In this document: one piece after another, positions 52,901-64,000 of the stretch | Numbering within the stretch: position 1 is the stretch's first letter | How the letters are laid out: the number at the start of each line of letters is the position of its first letter | NCBI RefSeq assembly: GCF_037042905.1 | Contig: NC_087251.1 | Span: 11,720,001-11,784,000, forward strand | Direction of reading: 5' to 3' | From: Lytechinus pictus | Lineage: Eukaryota | DNA: 64,000 bases | Notes under the pieces: model-generated | Seen by the model: the letters and a program-made list of their open reading frames with translations, nothing else | Databases searched by the model: none | What the model was told of the DNA's origin: nothing | Position numbers and translations under genes: made by a program

Positions 52901-55900
52901 CACCCATGCCTTTGACATCGTGGTGAAAAAGATGGTTTGAAACGAATTAAAACATCGATAAAATCCTGCGTTTTTTTTTAAAAGATGGTTATACTTACGC
53001 GAATCTTGTCTGTCGACAGTGTCTCTATCTCGGTCGCAGGTAAAGATGACATTGTTGACATTGTGACGACGCTTGTTTCTCAGACTCTCCATGTTACGAA
53101 CATCCATCTAGAAATTAACAAAATCAATATAGCATAAATAGCAAGATGGTAATATAGAAAGTCAAAAGGGGCCTAAGCTTTCGATCCTCGCAGAATCTTC
53201 GTCGGAGGCAAAATGACAAACATATAAAGTGGAACAACCATAATGAGTTATATGGTAATATAACTCATCTAAGATAATGTGAGATAGAATGTAAGACCAA
53301 TTATATTTGAAAATGATACTGTTAACTGAGTAAAGAGCTTAAACTTTTGTCCTTATTATCATTATTGTTATAGTATTGATCGGATGTGTGAATGTTTCAA
53401 CCAATTATTCCTCGGGGACGGGGTTAGGTTTTTTTTTCAAATGAAGAACAGAAAATGTCGATTTATTTCTTATTTTCTGGCAAGGGAAAATTGCGTCTCT
53501 CGCAAAATGGATGCAACTGTCCTCAAGGCTCAAGGGAGTACATGATTTCATATATCGTCAGTTGAATGGATGGGTATCATTGAATATACTTACCATATGA
53601 AGATGGGTTTTAGATTTCGTTCCACTGAAGTCTGTGAAGTCGCTCTGTTTCGTGCTCTTCTCAAAACCAACGCCTAGAATCTTATGCATCACCTGTCGAG
53701 AAAAGAATGTTTGTAACGATGAATAATGGCACACTGAGAGCTACATAACCAAACTCGATGAGTAATCAGGGTATAATGTAGCATTAATGCAAATGGCTTC
53801 ATCTCTACATTTTAAAAATATGGCAGAATCCGCAATTCACCCATTTTGCTGCTAAGGACATTGATCAAGAATTTATAGCTAATAAATGGCAGAAGATATG
53901 ACGTACCTCGGATGGTTTTGGCGGTTCTTCCTTGGTTGGCATGACAACGCCAGGTCGTTCTTTGATGTAGTCCTTGTTGTAGATAGAACCAACTGGATTT
54001 TGATCTGTTCCAAACTGTAGATTGAGAAATTGGCGAAGATAGGTCGATAAATGATAGATATAAGGTCCAAATGGATGATGAGCAAGATGGTCGAAAATTC
54101 GGGTGATAAATCAATAGTGCTAGGTCAGAAGAAATCATTGCACTTCTCTAACATCAATAATTAAGATCCTTGTGAAACTTGGAATTTACAACAAAACAAC
54201 GATTGTATTAAAACGTACCTTAAAATGGACGGAAGTCTGGTATTCCTTGCCCAGGTTTGCGCTGTCTAACATAGGACTACCCTCAGCTGTACCGGCACTC
54301 TTTCCCAATCCTCGGTTGAGGACACCCGGTGTTATCTGTAGTAGGTTCGGTTCGGCTGCTGCTACCTCTTGGGCCTTGTGTGCTTCGTCACCCATCTTCC
54401 ATGCTGGAAATTATAATAGGAGAGTGTTCTTTAGTTGATATCAATATATCACGTATTATTTTATCTATGTATACGTGTGTCTAGGCTCAGAAATTAGCGG
54501 ACAAATAAAAGAAGATGGAAAATGTTCCTTTTCTTATCGGACATGTTCGAAGAGTCTTTGACTTATTCAAAAGCTGCACCCTTTCGCAACTAACACAAAG
54601 GGACAGACTTAAGTTGTGACATTTCAATAAATTTGATAATTGCCCGAATGATAAAAAAAAGTTGTCATGAAGAGATAATGACAAGGAATGTTTCTTACCT
54701 GTAAAGTTTTGGACAAAGTCTTCATAGTCAATGGTACCATCTTTGCCATGTCTAGTCTTGGTGATGAGTTTATCAAGGTCTACCGCAGAGATCGGGTCAA
54801 GAAGACTATCCGTTACTCGCTTCAGAACTTCTTTGCTCACACAACCGATCCTAGATATAAATAAGGACAGTCTTGCGTTAAAATCAATGTTCTTTTTATA
54901 AAAATATAATTTTGTAGTGCAAACATGGCTATTCGTATAACTTCCGTTCCCTAAAAAAAACCCTGAAATGGTTTTAATCGATTAATGAAAGACGGGATAT
55001 GGTTTAGACACACTTTCAAAATAATGTAAGTGCTACAACGTAGGCACATTTATGAAAATACTGTAGATAAGATGTACAGGCGAGAACCATCTTTTATATT
55101 ATGACTAATTTCCCCTAATATGCCAATATGATGCTTTCATTATGTTCAATATATGCAATAAAAATGTCGGCCGTTGTATTTCATCGACTATTATTATTTC
55201 GTCGATTATTTCATTCTTCTTACCTTGCAGGGTCATACTGAAGGAAGATCTGCTTGAGTGTCGAGCTTGTGGCTTCTACCTTGGCAATGGCTTCTTCGTC
55301 CTGGGGAATGGGTGGCAAGAGAGTGGCACCTTCTTCAATCAGCTGAGATCTGAAATAAAACAAAACAAATAATCATTGAGCTACCTCGATTTTTCTTTAA
55401 GGGTTCAGTAATGTTTGGTAAAATTAATAAATAATAAAAAGTTTTGTTGTCGTTGAAATTCATCAACGACACGTTTCTTGCGACAGTCACTACCCCATCA
55501 AAATTAAAACCATAATATCGAGGGATGGGCCATGGGGGCATACGCCTGTGTCCCACTTTGAAGGGGTGTCATTATTTTTTCCCCCTTTTTATCTCCTTTG
55601 TTTTTCTTCAGTCTTCATGAAGGATATAATTATTGCAGTATGTGGAAATCTTAACTTACCTTAGTGTCGGGTCGTCCTGCAAGAAGCGGCCCTTAGCTAT
55701 ACGGGTTGGTTCAACGAATGCTGCTGATTTATCTGGCTTCATTGTAGCATTGTAATCATGTGAGAATGTTGTCTTACCCGGCCTGGGACCTGCAGACACA
55801 AAAGTAAACATATTTCTTCAAAGTTGAATCTTCACATCACCAGACATTCAAAATGTGAATTCGACCAAACATGTTTCAGTCAAAACTTAAAACTGCCTTT

Positions 55901-58900
55901 CAAATATTCATGGTTTGTTTATTTAAGTTTACACTCAAAATTTCTCCAAAACACTATCAAAAAAGTCATTGAATGTTTTAGCAGATAACTGTATTCTGTA
56001 TGATGAATAATTTTCTGGATATATATAATTCGGTCAAAGACTATATAGTATAGACTCTATACACAGTTGATAATGCCTCTTTTCATTATGTACTCGGCGA
56101 AATTAGTTCCATTTTTATTTTTTACAATATATTTCTTCATGACCGTTTCACTTACGCGTGACGTTGTAATCTCCTTGTCTGAAGACAGCGGATTCTCTCT
56201 CATCCTCAATCATCTTCCTCGCAACGGATGAGGGGCTCTCCTCTGGTTGCTTAGGACCCGGTGGGGTCGGGATGGGTGCAAGGCGTGCACCCGTCATCGA
56301 AAGGTTCTTGTGGAAGGAGTCGACAGTTTCGGAGTCGTAACTGGGAAACGGAGAAGAGGATAGAGATCGGGATTAATGAAACGTTTCAAGAGAAGGTATA
56401 AGTGATATTAATTAAAATCATAAATTTTAAGCATGTTTACAGAGGAATATTTTTGGGAGGGTGACTGCTAAATTAGGCCTACATTTTGTTTAAGCTGACA
56501 ATGCGCATTGACTATTCCACCTGTTTCAAGATTGACATTAATATTATACAGTGTATAATAAATCTGTTTAATCTTTATTTATTAAGGATTTCTACATGTA
56601 TTATATACATATACTTACTGTTGTGGGTCGTTGCCGAATTTGAAATGAGTGGTCCTCAGATCTTTGACGTTTCTTCTCCTCATGTCATGACGAGATTTGG
56701 AGATGGAAGGGTCTTGGTCTAGGTTATGTATGGTCTGGAAGAAAGGAGATTTTGAAGAGATTTGAATTACCCTAACAGTGAACATTAAATTATAAAGATA
56801 ATGGTATAAGTCTTTTTCATCGACAATACATTAAAGTTAAGTATCAAAATTTTGAAATGAAGGGTTGATAGCTAGGGTGGATATGGAGCGGTGCGGGATC
56901 GAGACCCAGCAATAGGAATTGAAACAGCAACGACGTTTCTATTTTATGCTATTTGCACGTACTATATAGAGCAATTTCTATGTGTCAAACTGTTACTAAG
57001 AACTAAAATAAGATTATACTTACATTTCCACCCACAAAGTCTGAGTCGTAGAGAGACTGTCCGAATTTACCATCTCTCCAGTATCTTGGATTCATATCCT
57101 GTTACCATGGAAAAAAGACATTATCGGTAAAGCTACTTGGCAGTTGAAGTTGGTTGTTGTTACTGAGGCCTATTGTAGAAATAAGTATATAATCTCCTTG
57201 AAAGGATTCAGGATTTCTTTTAGATGCATCATATAGCCAAAAGTAATTGTGATAAAGGAAACACTGGATTATATCCTTATCAATCTACTATTTATAAATA
57301 ATGAATAACTTTGAGAAAATGAGATATTAATCGCATTTCAGATTCCATCACCGTTTGATCTGATAACATCCCGAAGTGTTTGCCAAAGTACTTAATCGAC
57401 GTTTGAACAGCGTGATCTACGGTATATATAAACTTCAGTAATCTCTAACAGTTGTTTTAGTATAATAATTTACAAATCAAAAATGATTGTTATTATTTAT
57501 CTATCTCATACTCACCGGTAGGTTGATCTTATCTTCTGGCTTGACTGGAGGAAGCTATATAGAAAACAAGAGAAAAAAAAGTTATGAATTATATCTTGCT
57601 GTCTTCAAAACAAAATCACAAAAGAGATAATTATATAGAGGATGATTATAGATGCCACGTGATGAAATATCAGGTGCAATGTGGGGGCATAAGTCATAAA
57701 TATTTTCAGAGGCACTTTTCCGTTCAAATTTAGAAATTAATCACAAAGTCATCAAATTCTGTGAGGGGCACTTTGCCCCTTGTCGCCCCCCCCCCCATGT
57801 ACGATAGAGCCTTGAGTTTATTGGATTGTATTGATGCTACCAGACGTAACTAGCGATCACTTAGCAGGACTGTTGCTCTGTACAAGTATCATTCCAATAA
57901 TAAATCATTGTTGTATAATTAGTAAGAGAAGCTTACCCTTTCTGATTTCCTATGCTTGGCGTAGTCGGCTGCGGTGAGCGAAGCCTTGTATATCTTGTCA
58001 TCTACGGGCGCGGCGTCTCCTCGAAACTCAAAATGAGATCGATTCTAATAAGATAAATGAAAACCAATATCTGACATTGAGAGTCTGAATTCAATTCCAA
58101 AAGGATGGAAATTATATTTTCTGCAAACAGGCATGTCATTAGACAAAAAGAGAATGATTGTTAGTGATCCAGAAAGCCATTCAAAATAGTTTCTTCAAAA
58201 GTTATCAAGACTGTATTAATAAAATTAACTCTAATGAGGTTAATAAGGCTTATAGAAAATTCAGATAATTAAAGATAATTAAGAAGCAACAATTATTATT
58301 ATGGTATGAGAGTAAGTACACACGATAAACATGCAATAATACTAATACCTTTTTTAAGGCCTATATATAGAGAACACAAATTATAAGGATAAGTGACTTA
58401 AAATGCGAAATTAGTAATGAAATCGAAGTATTCATAATGAAATTAAGAAAGCATTATATTGACCGATATATAAATGGGATGTTAGAAATGAAGACACACC
58501 AAAAGGTAAAAAAATGTATAATGATCGAGAGATGAAATACCAAAATGCACATCTATAAAGTTTGAAAAATCAAATTACCTGTAGAATTTTCTGCAAGCGA
58601 TGAAGATTATAAAGAGAACGAAAGGATAAAAAATTAATACGTTATTTATGTTATACGGAAATAGAATATCCATGTTGACGAATGTTGATATATGAATTGA
58701 TCAATAATTAAGACATCTTTACACTTGAACTTAATGTTACTTTTAAATCAGGCAATTGTTCTATATTTGTTTACATAGTAATACTATTACTAACAATAAT
58801 ATATCGTAGAGTATACCCCACCCCGATCTGATCCTATCTATTATGTTATGCTTACCTGGAGACCAGAGTCCCATGAAAAGCCGACACTGCGATCTGGTTG

Positions 58901-61491
58901 AGTTCCCTGAAATTAACAATTAATGATTTATAAAACATTAGTATATTTCAATAGTTACGGTCATAATCAGTGCAATGAAAAAAATATGATTATTAATATG
59001 AATTCTGAGTCAGCAAAGGCTATATGGGCCTTCCCCCTCAACTCAAAAAAAAAATCAACAAAACAAACGGATAAAGCAGAATTATTTCTTTCTGTTTGCT
59101 CAGTTTGTTTCCTCAGTTTTGCCGTTTCTTTATTTTCATTCGAAATCGGAGACCATACATTTTCCACGCTGGTTCAGTAGCAAAATACTATTTCTAAAAA
59201 TAAACAAAATTCATCAAACCTCTCAGGGAGGTCAAATCATTATTTTAGTCCTAAAACCCAAGCGCCCATTTTTTGGGGTTTTATTTCACTGTATTTTCTT
59301 GGGGGGGGGGGGCTTTTTTTTCTCGTTTTGCATCAGCAGCAAATCAAACATGATAATCTATGCGAAAAAAATCCACAAGCGGTGTCTGGTTAAAATGCGA
59401 TATTGATTTTACGACCGGACATTTTGATCTATGATGGAATTTAATCGCTTCTCTAGAACTCAACCAACAGGAAACCCATCCAGGTGATAGCAACGCGGGA
59501 AAGATGTTACTTTCATCAATCAATAAATGGTTGTCTGCTAAATAATAGGCCAACGTCATGTATTGATTTTTCTTTTCTTTGAAGCAGTGTATACCTTGTC
59601 AATAAAGGAAGGTGTCGGGGACGTAAAATGACCATATAAGTAGACCTTGTCGGTGTCTGATTTTCTTCTTCAAGAAAAAATAGGACATCCAAATATCCAC
59701 ATTTACCATTTTCTTATTTTTGTGTGTCCATAGTTATGATAATCATCCTCTGTCTAATATGCTAGGTCTAATGTCAATGATATCACTCTACATTTTATCT
59801 TGCTTGTCAATAACATATACATTATTTGACTGTGAGATTAAACGCTGTAATATCTCCTTTGATAAAACATTAAATTGAATATTTTCTTTATCCTAAGGTT
59901 CTAAACTTATGTTGACGTAATGGAGATGAATATATCACAATATGAAAAACGGAAGTATTACACTTCTTACACGAACGGTGTGCGAAACATAAATCAAAGC
60001 ATATGAAACTAAACATGTTTCCCATACTAGTACGTGATAAAATGTCTTGAAGTCAAGTTTAAAGAGGATTTATGACTGAACATTTTTCAATAACTTTCAC
60101 TGCAGGTGTACCACGTGATACGACTTTGGGGATTTCATGTTTTGACGAATGTACTCGTGAGAAACCTCGTGCAGGTGGAAAAGTTCATTCGTTGCCATAG
60201 TAACATGGACCTACGCGATGTCGTCTACTATGATATTGTTTTCATCTGCACACTTAATATATAATATCTATCATAAAGTAATGTTTAGTCACATTGACTT
60301 TTCTTTTTGTGGGTAACAGTTATCTGTTATATTTTGTATAAAAATGAAGTGATGTACACAATCATGAAAGAAAAAGGTTGAATTTGGAGTCAGAAAATAT
60401 AGTCACATTTGATATACTGTACATGTATTTGTACACTACATGTATTCCCTCAAAGTAGTGCTATGCTACTACAAAATATGTTCTATAAAGTTCGGTGATG
60501 TCATGATTTTGTTTATAACTTATATTTATCCTGTTCGCAATATTTATGTTGATTTTACAATTTCTAATGTTTTTTTGTCATTAATGTCCCATTATATCAG
60601 TATAAGATAATATATATAAAATCTCAGGAGCTATGGTGCAAGAGAGGGAGTGAATATATCCAACAAAAATTGTTATATTTTCGAAATATCATCAGAAATT
60701 TAACAACTTTTATTTTACACAATATATCCCGACTCCCGGTTGGAGGCAGGGGTTTTATATTCTTTATTCTTCACAGTGCGATAATATATTACGTATTTCT
60801 CCCATAACGATGGACGGTGCAACAGCGAACAAACAAAGTTATCTCTGGGAATGGTCTTCGTGATAAGAAACAGACTTTGAACATTTCAAAATAATGCAGG
60901 GCTATGTTACATTTATTTTATTCGTTATTTTTAAGACAGTTAAAAACCCATCCTTATTATATTTTATTTTAAAAAGAATTACATGAATATCACAATAAGA
61001 GCGCTTGATAAAATCATATGGCAATAAGATCTTGTGAACAATTTTTGTTTTGTTATACATAATCAGTTAATCGTTCAGTCGGTGAAAATTGGTAATGCCT
61101 ACAAAATACTCGGTTTAAACAAAAGTTATATAACCCTCTAAAATTGAAAATGAAATATAGATCTCGGTCTATGTCATATCTTTTAAACGAAGAGAAAATT
61201 TATCATCTAACAAGATGAAATTATATTGCATTTAGAATGAGAAAGAAGAAACATATTGAAACACTTCACGATGCGGCATATAAAATGTTATCTTACCTTA
61301 AAAGTTCCTTTAGTTGTACTGTTGAGAATGGGTGATGTTGATCTCATTCCTTCCTTGGCAATCATTTTTATGTGATCCTGAGTGAGGGATTCCTTCATAG
61401 CTGTCAGGGCATTGGTTCGAGTCGCCCCATAGAGCTGGTCTCTTCTTTGGGCCACTAGCGGGTCCATCGCTGCTGCTGCACCGGCGCTCAT
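49953..61491 (-). CDS. Uncharacterised ~875-aa EF-hand protein with repeated HFxF/LGxD motifs, probably ciliary/axonemal
   Basis: 21 phase-compatible GT-AG exons form one open frame: 61297-61491, 58856-58906, 58579-58590, 57937-58044, 57516-57554, 57024-57098, 56619-56734, 56156-56340, 55660-55789, 55224-55349, 54699-54850, 54219-54403, 53907-54014, 53594-53692, 52999-53107, 52214-52604, 51919-52005, 51524-51685, 50819-50959, 50389-50483, 49953-50014(TGA). EF-hand-like loops: YDPARIGCVSKEVL / RHGKDGTIDYEDF and DPERTGRLSKAQM / DRVGDGSVDYNQF. The start context is GCAGCCATG. Confidence 0.85.
53171..53209 (-). ncRNA. Minimal type I hammerhead ribozyme motif, second copy (intron of the EF-hand gene)
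   Basis: GCCTCCGACGAAGATTCTGCGAGGATCGAAAGCTTAGGC; differs from the 8538 copy only in the stem II loop. Confidence 0.65.
60191..60204. promoter_or_regulatory. RFX X-box
   Basis: GTTGCCATAGTAAC matches the GTNRCC-AT-RGYAAC consensus; it lies in the first intron of the EF-hand gene. Confidence 0.7.
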
Positions 61492-61836
61492 GGCTGCTAT
61501 ATTCCACTGGCTCTCACTGGTCAAGATTTTTAATTTTCCTCCTTTTTTTATAGTAAAAGCCCAAAATAGTTATTGGGCTGCAGCGTTATTCCGTTTGGTT
61601 TCCTTACTTGTTGCTTGATTAATAACCTTTTCTTGAATATTTACAACTTTGGATGAAGTGGTGTTGGGTTGCTTGAAGAGCCGTTGAGTGTGGGGTTGTG
61701 TTTTGTGTGATATGGGCATTATTTTCTTTGGCCCACTTGTTGCACTATATGCATACACGTTGTTACCATCGTACGCAAATAATGCAGCGGTCAATCTGCG
61801 CAGGCGCGGTCTGGCGATACATGTACACAGTTCGCT

Positions 61837-61927
61837 GTCGCGTAGCAACAACTTTATAGGCGGGTTATAACGGATTGGGGATTGCTTCGCTTCAGCAATT
61901 TCTTATTCAACTTTTCTCCGGCCAATC
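61837..61927. promoter_or_regulatory. Putative promoter of the EF-hand gene: X-box-like element plus CCAAT boxes
   Basis: GTCGCGTAGCAAC at 61837-61849, ATTGG near 61874 and CCAAT near 61922, in a CpG-richer patch about 350 bp upstream of the ATG. Confidence 0.5.
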
Positions 61928-63557
61928 TATTCAGCTCCAAACTTAAATAATAGAGACAATCCGAAGATTTTGTCAATAGATGTATTAGAGCAACAAACAA
62001 AAGCGATAGAGGCCCTACTGATTTCAAATTATCTTTTGCGAAGTCATCATGATTTCACGATATCGACGCCTTTAATCAGATTCAGTGGTTTATATCCTCT
62101 AAATTTCGTGCGGTAAATATATCCAGATGGTTTAAGTAACTATCTTTTTCACTCTTAAAAACTTCTTGTATAATTTCCCTTCTTTTGCTTTTTTATTTTT
62201 ACAATCTAGTTTATCGTGTTTATATCTCTTCACGTATAGTCTATTCGTCCATTACATACCCAAGACTATTATTTTAAACAAAGAATATAGCCCAAGAAAG
62301 AGTAACAAATTTTATCAACACGACAGAAAATACATCACTTATATAGCGCGAAATAAACAGAATGTTTCTTTATGCGCCTTACAATAGAATACAAAAGAAT
62401 ACAATTCATATTTTATATATTTCCATTTACAATTTTCTTTTCTATGTGCTCCTCCCAGTTGGGAAGAGCACTATTATCATCATATCATTACGTATAAATC
62501 CCTGCTTGAGTCTACCCTCTATATCCCTCCCTCAGTCCACCCAGTTTTCTTCTCTTCTGTCTTTTATACACTGAATTCGTTATTATTGCGATCTTTATAT
62601 CGAGCGGATTCGTTGTTTAAAGATAGATCTACCAACATAATGGCCTACTCTCAATCGAGAAACATCCAAATATTGACGAGGCTACGAGTGCCTGATAAAG
62701 AGGGTTATATAACCAGATCGAATCAGTAAAGTAATCTAGTCTCAGTCTCGAAAATTTAAAGTGTATTTATCTCTGTCCGATTATTTATTTAATCTTTTTA
62801 TGCATTTCAGTCTTATTTACTTCCTTTCTTTTTCCTTCTTTTTTGTTTTTATTCCCCCTTTCTATCTTCCTTTGCCATTTTTCCTTTTTCTTCCTTTCAC
62901 ATTTTTTGTATCTTCCTCTCTCCCCGTCTTTCTTTTTTTTCTCTCATATATATTTTTTCTGCTCTTCTTTGGCTGTGTGATTGTATATCAAATGTAGTAC
63001 TAATTTTCTTATCCAATGAAAATGAATGTCAGTCATTTTTGTGTTATTAATTCGAACCTCTTTTTTTGACAAAATCTTATCCACGGAGCCTAAGAGTGGA
63101 ACAATTGCCTCATTGCCACCATGGCCTCGGTAATGTCAGGGCCAAGACCTCACTCAAATCAGTTTTAAATCTAGGGGCTTCTAAATCAGCCCTATAACCT
63201 TTGGCGGATATTTTTGTTTTCATTTTTTGTTTCTTCATGCGTTCCAAAAGTCATTTCGAGTTTGGAAACCCCCATTTGCAAGACAACCTCCATAAAAGTA
63301 CAAGAAACGCATCAACGGACCTTCCATCAATCCTCTAGCATTCTGTAGATGATCAAACGGTGTAACATCTACCAATCTGATATCAATTGTTATTTTTTCA
63401 TGCCTCACTGCATGTCTTGATACAAATAAAACTGTCTTTGTTGATCAAGTATTTGGGTTTGGAACATTAAGGAAACGGGATCTGTGCGGGTGGCGATACT
63501 GCATACGAATAAAGTTAAATCTGGTTCCTTTTTAAGAATGTTTTTATACAAATTTAA

Positions 63558-63933
63558 AGAGGAAGTTTACGCTGATAATAAGTTGGTTTAATAAAAGCAG
63601 AAAAATTAGAGAAAATATTGGTGAAGGTTTGATGAAATTTGTATACAGAATAACAGAGTTATGAATATATTACAAGCATCCGGGCAAACATCTCCTCCAT
63701 GACATGTGATACAAATTCCCCCAATTTATTTCATGCCCCCTTCTGTAAGAGAAATCATTATTTTTCATCATAATCCAGTAAAAAATGGAAATTAATGGAA
63801 TTCATATTACATCCTATATGGGGAAGTCACAAATTAATACTTCAAAACTATTCTTTTTAATGGATTTTCATCATATCTTCACCGATATTTTCTTTACTGC
63901 TTTTATCAAAACCAACTTATCAGAGCTTCCCTT
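63558..63933. mobile_element. Degenerate Kolobok-like MITE
   Basis: TTAA-AGAGGAAGTTTACGCTGATAATAAGTTGGTTT ... AAACCAACTTATCAGAGCTTCCCTTT, imperfect inverted ends. Confidence 0.45.
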
Positions 63934-64000
63934 TCAATACATCTCAATTGTTACAAGTATAACTGGCATACTATTAAAAACAAACCCTTTTCTTCTATCA

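Overview
AT-rich, repeat-rich animal genomic DNA with spliced genes. The repeat families and gene content suggest a marine deuterostome such as a sea urchin; this is an inference. Four genes were reconstructed by hand from GT-AG exons with matching phases: (1) the last six coding exons of an Akt/PKB kinase (+, 1523-14619); (2,3) two tandem PLAC8/cornifelin-family Cys-rich genes (-, 28465-32061 and 38657-46108), both mostly missed by the ORF track; (4) a 21-exon, ~875-aa uncharacterised protein with two EF-hand pairs and repeated HFxF/LGxD...S...D(Y/F) motifs, with RFX X-boxes at its 5' end (-, 49953-61491), probably ciliary. Introns and intergenic DNA hold nested transposons: hAT-like, Sola-like, Harbinger-like and CACTA-like non-autonomous elements, CR1/L2-group LINE fragments, a SINE and microsatellites. 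The most unusual non-coding signals are two copies of a minimal hammerhead-ribozyme motif of the Penelope type, a tRNA-bearing 401-bp tandem/inverted element inside (TA)n, and a large foldback element with back-to-back tRNA-like heads. No prokaryotic-type system (CRISPR, operon) is present.
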